From Verrucomicrobiia bacterium (GTDB taxonomy: Bacteria > Omnitrophota > Omnitrophia > Omnitrophales > Aquincolibacteriaceae): 64,000 nt of DNA. The notes under the pieces are model-generated. The model did not search any database. It saw only the letters and a list, made by a program, of their open reading frames with translations, and had not been told where the DNA came from. The stretch lies in the NCBI GenBank assembly GCA_035495615.1, contig DATJFP010000092.1:6914-70913 (forward strand), written 5' to 3'. Positions within the stretch are counted from its first letter, which is position 1. The number at the start of each line of letters is the position of its first letter. Positions 62,501-64,000 of the stretch are shown one piece after another. The position numbers and the translations under genes are program-made.

Positions 62501-64000
62501 GCCCGCGATCTGCTGGTCAAGCTCCTCAACGCGGTCCTCAAAACCGCTCAGTTCCGTGCCCATCAGTTCCGCCTGGTCTCTCAGGCCGCGGATCTGCTCG
62601 AGCTCCGCGAGCTCGGCCGCGAACACCGTTTCGCCGCTCTGTCCCGCTTCCGTGACAACGGCAAGGCCGCTCGCCAGTTCCGCGAGGTCGCCTTCGCTCA
62701 GGTTCATGAGCCGCTGCATGAGGTTCGCATTGGCCGCGATGGCCGCGATCCACGTGTTCAGCATGGCCTGGGCCTGGGCATCGAGGCGTCCGAAGGAGTC
62801 GAGGAACTGCACGGCCGCGCGCTGGAAGTTCTGCAGCGCCTGCAGCTTGGCCTGCGCGGCCGCGGTCGTGCCGAGGATCTGCTGGAATTGGCCGGCCAGG
62901 TGCGCCTGCAGGCCCGCTCCGAGAACCGCGAATCTTGCCGCGAGCGCGGCCAGGGCATCGAGCGCCTGCAGCTGCGCCGCGTGATCCAGCCCGCTGTCGG
63001 CCGCGGCAATCAGTTCCGCGATCTGGGCGATGACGCTCTTCATGGCATCCGGGAAGCTCTGGAACGCGGCGATGACGGACGCCTTCTTATTATTAAGCTC
63101 GGTCGCGCGGGCCTTCGCATCCAGTTCCGCCGGCGAAACATTGATGGCGGCCTGCACCGCGGCCGTATCCGTGGCCTTACCGAGGCTCGCGAGGAATTCT
63201 TCCTGGTGTTCGGCGCTCATGGCCTGGAACTCGGCGATCTTCGCGAGCACCGCGTTGACCGCCGCGACAGGGTCCGCCGCCTTAAGCGCATCCTGCAGCG
63301 CGCCCATGAAGGCATCCAGCACTCTCGCATCGAGATTCGCCAGAAGATTGAGCATGTTCACGCGCTCGGTCACGTCGATGTTGAGGTTGCGGATCGCTTC
63401 GGCCGCGCGCTGCGCCGCGTCTTTGGCCGTCGCCTTCGCGACGAGACGGCCTTCGGCTTCCGTCACGGAAGCGGTTTCTTTCGCTTTTCTTTCCTGCTCG
63501 CTCTTGGCGGCCTGGTAATCGGCCTGGCGTCCGGCAAGGCGCTGAGCGCGGGCCTGGACCGCGGCCTGCACGCTGGCGCCGGCCTGGGCCGCGGCAACGC
63601 GTCCGCTCACCTGCTCGCCGAGCGCGGTCAGGCGGCTGACTTCGAGCGTCTGGGCCGCGATTTCGCCGGTCAGGCGCGCTTCTTCGCTCGTGCGCAGCGC
63701 CTGGAGATTTGCGATCTCGGCTTCGAGCTGGCGTTCGGTGCGGCGGAATTCCATCAGGTCGACCTGGCCGCTCTGGATTTCGGCCTGCCAGGCGATCTGC
63801 TGTTCGGGCGTCAGGTCCTGGCGGCGGTGCGAGCGGAGGTCGGCTTCCGCGGCCGCGATCTGATCGGAGATGTCCTTAAGGCGCTGCGGCAATTCCTGGC
63901 GGAGCTGTTCGAGGCGGGCCTGCGCGGCCTGCAGCGCCTGGCTCTGAGACAGGGATTCACGTTCGGCGCGTTTGGAATTCAAGTCGCTGGCGATCGAGCG
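44552..64000 (-). CDS. giant uncharacterized protein, >6476 aa, partial (5' end beyond right window edge); Ala/Gln/Glu-rich helical/coiled-coil megaprotein with internal TM islands, NTPase-like and HEx[S/T]H motifs
   Basis: Uninterrupted minus-strand frame from 63982 to the stop at 44552. The frame remains open through 64000 (the listed first codon is TTG and the upstream codons are sense). Residue composition is protein-like, whereas the plus-strand ORFs inside it are antisense shadows. It ends at a strong terminator. Confidence 0.85.
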   Translation of the reverse strand, partial: RSIASDLNSKRAERESLSQSQALQAAQARLEQLRQELPQRLKDISDQIAAAEADLRSHRRQDLTPEQQIAWQAEIQSGQVDLMEFRRTERQLEAEIANLQALRTSEEARLTGEIAAQTLEVSRLTALGEQVSGRVAAAQAGASVQAAVQARAQRLAGRQADYQAAKSEQERKAKETASVTEAEGRLVAKATAKDAAQRAAEAIRNLNIDVTERVNMLNLLANLDARVLDAFMGALQDALKAADPVAAVNAVLAKIAEFQAMSAEHQEEFLASLGKATDTAAVQAAINVSPAELDAKARATELNNKKASVIAAFQSFPDAMKSVIAQIAELIAAADSGLDHAAQLQALDALAALAARFAVLGAGLQAHLAGQFQQILGTTAAAQAKLQALQNFQRAAVQFLDSFGRLDAQAQAMLNTWIAAIAANANLMQRLMNLSEGDLAELASGLAVVTEAGQSGETVFAAELAELEQIRGLRDQAELMGTELSGFEDRVEELDQQIAGLESQLATLQADYAAALENRDEIRQIQSDLTALRAQRENLTFANALTSAQNELVQARAAQQTRLENLDKQIAAAQAELQALINMTEADKLERMQRFMSGEALQSLSKEQEDLENKVRKLQADRNSEAAQFTLQIQTLEATVADLTARSAAYATRAAQAQQAHQAAVDQRAQRLAQVKAEHEARLKAAALAQENKERVASAGQAVVAKASESRKAAAQRFVDALAEAHGMDVNERVELLQDLSEMTQAEIDIFILSLDRAAAGANVEDAVRAVAANLQRYAAMDEAHKAEYRGAVLEAENRILEARARQAETAARIETFKKELAARLLTEASNETLQEAIRNGQVEIKSGRVTVTITAEQAKAHQQQRAETIAALEAELAQVLLQQMSEAAEITDELEAEARAEAQGMIGDMISDTAPFTQNVVGIRQMIDDMKKSAAEQQKLRQEEQAAAQKAVEDSLKDIFFTGEMDDGQKAVIAKIADFFRQAVDGTGGHHGMAAFPISMKAAAKGARTFEGQNLLGDSMTSVENAQLVTIENGLISIDVQLASAAKSQAELWEILRAELAGVFGVLFAGIDNDTYRVLQERLVRLIATELLAAQRMQPDLQKVQIRLLKETTQVAGVALSADNTTATFSFNADLLRTTKLSAREIMAILDFALSHELSHHNLNTEDEAAAMLGDLVRFGQMTEGRRVALLKALSKLELAGLDFEVQNTPYYQMLAAAQEAYTLRAQAEKAKADAEAKAKEAEKVEARAGLVNRVQEAKTAEETAREALRQAQEKLAIGDADAKAAALIQVQKAEADLQAALESRYAAEKALEEAAAPISDADKAEAGYGEKEKARLAEAQTQAQLRLAEAEKRLAAANATAQGAMKSFEEAQKKIEEARAKAVEQAPMSEKQKESLRSIAFLRDLVKEARSGGQISVQEAARLTDLIDAGHVDEAGLKGMIAQYAETTPEVRALENSLGRVEDAIETVLNGGKLNAPARTELPKTAAEQAASEQRTDKVTEAFKNVALQDSENLKDEKKAAGKILQTISELIASQPDVTAQEVADGATRAVAQELGITIDQNASAQDVMDAVNQATEDMAQEKSELLKSENGLLGWLQNAILRLLNYLMTPATNSRSILVQFLSSIVGRIASFILKYTHGLLGISSADYQKAMDIQAKQTKLRVLAVVRAVIDFLAAQIGADRTKLLELLQKVAEQVMNADGFNILEVLEAVAEVIQEQILAQKGEATSFGRFAKRMHAVQEWFVFKVVEKAPVIGALINLVLPGLFALIFSESTLGLNKQAAEEKGFFGVLKDITAQLLTVGLVGGLGYLFVSGLLAVFGIPGVITVLSAFILKTSVSWVKAPLAALLNRFGANIDLENKNNAQTKRFNLWTNTIIWGTAIALAATGFGVVAAILPFAPAIQAAILGGVSLFIWAVKVIAAIRANAQTRAGPQAEEAAAPQTIREAERVAASSAPTTGQVFGAWMERIGTLLFGKMSAEPTSFIGRMVSAVIGPWAAGVLGGFTSAVLMVAAPVLGLTVLAPIGLPAVLGIQIFAAYLVGRSLRLVMAVEQGAKAPSVAENAVAQVQARTEAQAEAKVKSPEVIAAEKAYADAQQELHQAQTDLAAARQAQLEAQAAPALSGTSAPAAPVTVSSKEVSKQTLGRDAVVVEERQLSNGGSIYAVTINGITVETYATQADAQTRATEEFDVLTKLDGYRTEYAGLKKAIEANKMNTQEGIARLAKFRQDLQDLGQRIQALQTNAANPWAQEQTHSLMVLNIDLLMSALIAALNRMDVANAQVYVDQIQALLGTVNARFLSSSLLSQIAQHQATLKVLASQLETTRQTKDRILDAVADVEQRLNLSADGRSLNETQYKDMVEDLADVLGTPVRASRSPLAKFARAAAVVSLGFIGIVAALAALGTFHGVPFNDAFAFLGNYVQGDVPYQTAALGMFGFMPFGFNSFRGHPLFNILVPAGVSARVRAQRMMIAHGLMAALENLKARDGTEITLANATAQDLFMALRQIELSRAELAGEAMLMRFEISEQARLGRLEATRTEAAAAREAAKAPAESAKATPTAKEAAEAKKAAKAPEPARAAALEEFQSAQAPTASPLKTAPAAGSLAFRFQEALVKMEDLRSQLAVVRGMPMRLRDPSLSMKEEQLEDQIEQLEKGELSALRKEAYETKDLAALQAIVDVAFSMPSSLRNDTATLTVLSRALANNSLDADQRAQLHAYADKAIAEFTGANPNVAQDIKYGIFDLQAEMELTAGQAGRLLQDYFKNGTIDGAAVYKAFVEGVKARLGDGYKLDRESLLVYHNKIFGHRLLIEFMRETYRKTYEEVEGRTHDKDQAAREAQAAADKVRADSAYRFDLRAVQKGIIGDFLMEEIGNGKTAVGKNMVAMVKASTEIALARQNSEVSGSVILAETETKGADFANGKAGIKGPNDLRVSVPNQELVRLFGAGELIDIQKLLVARDFEKLEAALRNDEAIKVIAPDQVGFALITLQDQPAILELLMAKLDSWGIEEIDKFQAEITQYILSDTKNATVNAEEYINKIRELYTMLGVTYDENGIANKNALLVAKDNREAKRLLDIADKFGNAQLIVEGTDKDAEVYMSKALKERVKERIVSGEFRASEVKEAVRALGMQYAKHFETNEYGELHPKENGKIQSTNFSGRVTKLVLSFISNEVLAKKAAKLTDEVTALKGDLEKLKTDAAANADKIKEKEARLEKIQGRNLAEIETEKENLEKQLLTTADAAQRDDIQARIREINVLRGELAEVNDKMVKEHELENSLTQATSTQMSLIKRIIDKANKNVTRIEIADITGRTEVQVGAHAEITNTASNVTLERVQINGAEYLVVEGRYGRDLIRMSDIPQENNGKNQGILNLNNHITVTQTAEGELLLRRHIRRAGSTATYSPLSSILMGVHTVARDRSRMQQGEERDNEGNVISAAWTYAEDITANDVKQLIAKSEAAEATKKNDEIGRANAKNLMFVDEENGVAKMLEIGRAYLEKGWAHLMFVEDHTEYSKVLESFKAEKDNGGRTYIEVDVGKNVKSVIGLFERLQKEATQLERQLGDNVWSSQRYQEIQDNLKKKTDMILEATQKDQQELEALPKLTDKNKSYMFAVDAVAFSELIPTVARVAASLGTPSLVVTNNIQDTQQGVDFQGKWSLTIKSASRGFREMMQILGRIVRGKGEIGHRQVLLPTKDFQAIRNSIEMDIHERNNSFKGAMQEVLAQFEAGLLKDLNRGKITLKKYQEEMKENEFRLTLNLIERLEMKDTLTEIEWFMMVSAWNYIKNDVSGSLLHKVGETLKDRGHEIAQSMLNGLKGELAQMEKQERKAFEDRQKQLVEDIKELSKNIQNYSSLAGRDNTARGDEARRMVTAWRVELKSALAELQRMEEHGFQFSEDYKAKAKVHQAINDFYTDWQNREAQDDDVNFDFQEKGYLTGGEQMQSRVLGELNSMREAYLAGYRNMLALNNEAMDLNAMETDIHDFAKNSDDPMDMIKGFLAEIDAAKKELLFGSTVDANKVALEGQIKNLFANSESALNSPATAESALKALLEQIIKGQQRDVLASHEDNVARSESTFRTLALLAEQNPALKALLADVSKTELRGLLVELSESCSSCSVRFSDRGIQILRDLNIGESVAPGLRVEKESLSTTNNLVDTVRLAKNLEKMVINAEAVERHQEIKVKSANLADANRAIAHLGNNQAEAAKAVAENLESRGLVSEQKREVTDVRNGETVEQSHYELTRKGQAFTRTIEDLQNLSDYQKNSLRKLGFHWDDGDDRELYRIALELSDRGFVDFTSYDRRGLNQLLNVVRHLENVGLTGEEIESKVDSKLLFDIYGDGYGELSPAGRIAQIALKNARSDMPKPVRQLYTRLSQQRDSLRSAEIELQKIALRKSERGFATATGEEIDREKASLEKAKAKYERQQQKALESLRATLKGFKLSDIHELKPAFLRGATPGQVDAYQHNLFLSVVDLLAQDESLNFRDDLRRAVAGYGMDALVDLSLDALYYLVRQEKAVQTLVEQSQRTEKEVREYLLNKAEALDRKTSFFGRLFSPLTRNEIDQAWSDLYKAGAEGFQEPSQETAFDLKMMKLRAEHDAATAAGDHARVEAVEEALVDLLNAVRAKQALDTLVALQKSAVDYKDPKIQREIEQAKALGKPSPYVSEKDVNRDKKRALDAAKSLGLNKEKGFDENNLEVLMKLQQDAYARLGKLLDQDDLQIKTGQALDNQIRTARRYDHFRLNAYVENTQKRTGKSRREIEAAYFEDNLRPGNLFAIDQPFLAAKHQQLDDKTTAPDLGSIPDLLVRFDPDLAFVPRGVWDIFTVAIRGHWPILKLKLEEIAKILYKMNALAEGVSRPDNLLEVTGIMDRYDLTLFERMLFLSLVAPKIGLTGALAEQGDKLALIVPLLAARGTRIDTGALTTTQVLEALAGQDGGALLNRTGLDFAALNIDLTKPLAMVQLKSIYEAAIKQAEARGAAAADATAKQEAADDVKALKKGLSLVLLDMAESFLMEDKLIDDSYKFVGLNLLRLAVQADASAQAAASVLKVKYRVSEKDDDLKDDYVKGINAETLQERFEKGPLDQADVVRYYEKIKRMRESQADLLEISNMMKDGSSAEEYEKALDYVLEGLNNYYDKPKIDKEGLKKAAGTDRPVQVSVRMASSDPLLKVWQDIFGLPDVPVISISVPKAALQWLREKGFLSATGQANATRPDETKNIPVVSGPDKFKGQEHVFRKSGYIFSIAGYEEEALEHESTHMIDLGLGTQRKEQAYVDPTDPTGKRKDSTADRTLLDENEAYTVQILIRKIQQSGRSYDEDSMENGPIFSYAMDQYRDEEKNVKRFQWQQLYREMKLKELKTDKLDEQQEQELQNQLNAYMARLRGEVTQGVDPKVSALDAKVERSDVYQNFLKSQNLEERKLNKLRQMKQMRAAMRYLERYLTPAQVMYIARTAKTISDITGFLNLTPDEVIRVGQQIETSRQAFNSKIGADAAKPSVMAAYENKTKSYAEKLAADADYDADGTELKALAKELQDYAPNDSVDEVAFKNRTMRKVFDKIIDVALQYDGRKAGAGIPPTPPTQDELDARLQRALGLIAQFLRSDDTELGILAMAALWEAGSVNPRVHAYNVKFLGMEGTVSLAEVLNDSLKLAKQLKILNRPEEIDQEMQQLSEMARTMDPSQMQQLSERYMELHQEKAEAEAAAAALDRDDVLAQASATRALHRDLGANGRYVVELSAKPTRDELEMMKKMPYEFAISAQIDPSTGRERFILTTGLKHNQVEVYAKNQLGGFYHIHPRSARGTYDVLPSSVMGDTLRDYDGIYQLAEGAYGYAGTGLGETRYQLLPIGDKRLDDEATYPQDQIYDGDNVKETREKYNGLARQGQAFQFITKVGSRHVIIEFKPKSWMDERMAKADPVSLRELSEFMPKVDFSNSRADLVNGLRWTIDEIQSRKDQNRSAKELLGALESLDQLLASLDASAPERADVNALIARVMALLVPIMYNRIADKSQQMPAIEEVKFMKGLVDRILNDGIAIQAGADQFFSGIEELPGQLKTWLDNLAGLEGDTLVQALKKIRGELRETAPAAPKSELREAPFEGVLAGQDLGLTPEQTAELENVLAAAFESPEEVLSMLRGTNPDNIHMFFVQRPEDTLLAQDNRRLGYARHMEDGSTKIVVTPERFVDTSLDRTIRAQHLRIFLNHEKTHALLHAKIEALAANPQLRASLDTLGYNSHAFDVLHELAAYSTTLGDIEGILNDPKTSAAARDYFQGRGENIELLIRMATQHTGAELKEALAKEDGLLTVTDWVMNVQGAMGGVHPAQAMMISMPALETEMFARRHQVVIAGVQFDARWAQLAAYYGTQTVRFATNVDQLGTMVNLNAEIAAEGNQAIMVQGAESDMYQAVNADYAGKLAVGLAVVNPAAEAKDRDLAIRKLIETALVLSILGLKEIPPYVFDAAKAPNGNRGMLVAEAVAASLTDSLLEEMQVKSSA

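Noticed and set aside
1-64000. CRISPR arrays, tRNA/rRNA genes, integrases/transposases
   Set aside because: No regularly spaced direct repeats, no cloverleaf-like or rRNA-like conserved stretches, and no recombinase-like ORFs. The small excisionase-type HTH at 10131-10325 has no integrase partner or att-like flanks.

Overview
GC-rich bacterial chromosomal segment that is densely coding and almost entirely transcribed from the minus strand. The only plus-strand gene is a lipoprotein at 43837-44439. Reading left to right:

(1) Exopolysaccharide module, 1-10325. A partial DUF457 hydrolase and a polytopic membrane protein sit at the left edge. Then come three nucleotide-sugar genes: UDP-GlcNAc/ManNAc 6-dehydrogenase (TviB/WecC family), glmS and a 4-epimerase. 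These are followed by a cytoplasmic BY-type tyrosine kinase, an ExeA/GspA-like AAA ATPase, a Wzz-like co-polymerase, a Wza-like exporter and a small excisionase-type HTH protein. An AT-rich 420-bp control region lies upstream.

(2) Housekeeping block: def, an ACT-domain protein, an AsmA-like protein, cca, pcm, rmuC and rng.

(3) A compact all-in-one type IV pilus cluster. It contains a stand-alone MshEN-domain (c-di-GMP sensor-like) protein, two tandem PilB/GspE ATPases, pilC, two tandemly duplicated pilins (~94% identical) each with its own terminator, and pilMNOPQ. No pilT or pilD lies in the window.

(4) A second housekeeping block: an EndoIII-like glycosylase, thpR, cinA, a PgsA-PgpA fusion, rimO, recN, a LysM amidase lipoprotein and a transaldolase-PGI fusion.

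(5) A two-component system whose response regulator has an N-terminal excisionase/MerR-type HTH and a C-terminal receiver domain.

(6) The dominant feature: a single uninterrupted minus-strand ORF of more than 19.4 kb (more than 6476 codons). It is still open at the right window edge.

The product is Ala/Gln/Glu-rich and mostly alpha-helical or coiled-coil. It has embedded transmembrane-helix islands, helicase/SecA-like NTPase motifs and three HEx[S/T]H zincin-like motifs. I cannot assign this megaprotein to any known family, and it is the best candidate for an undescribed system in the window.

No rRNA, tRNA, CRISPR or obvious mobile element was seen.
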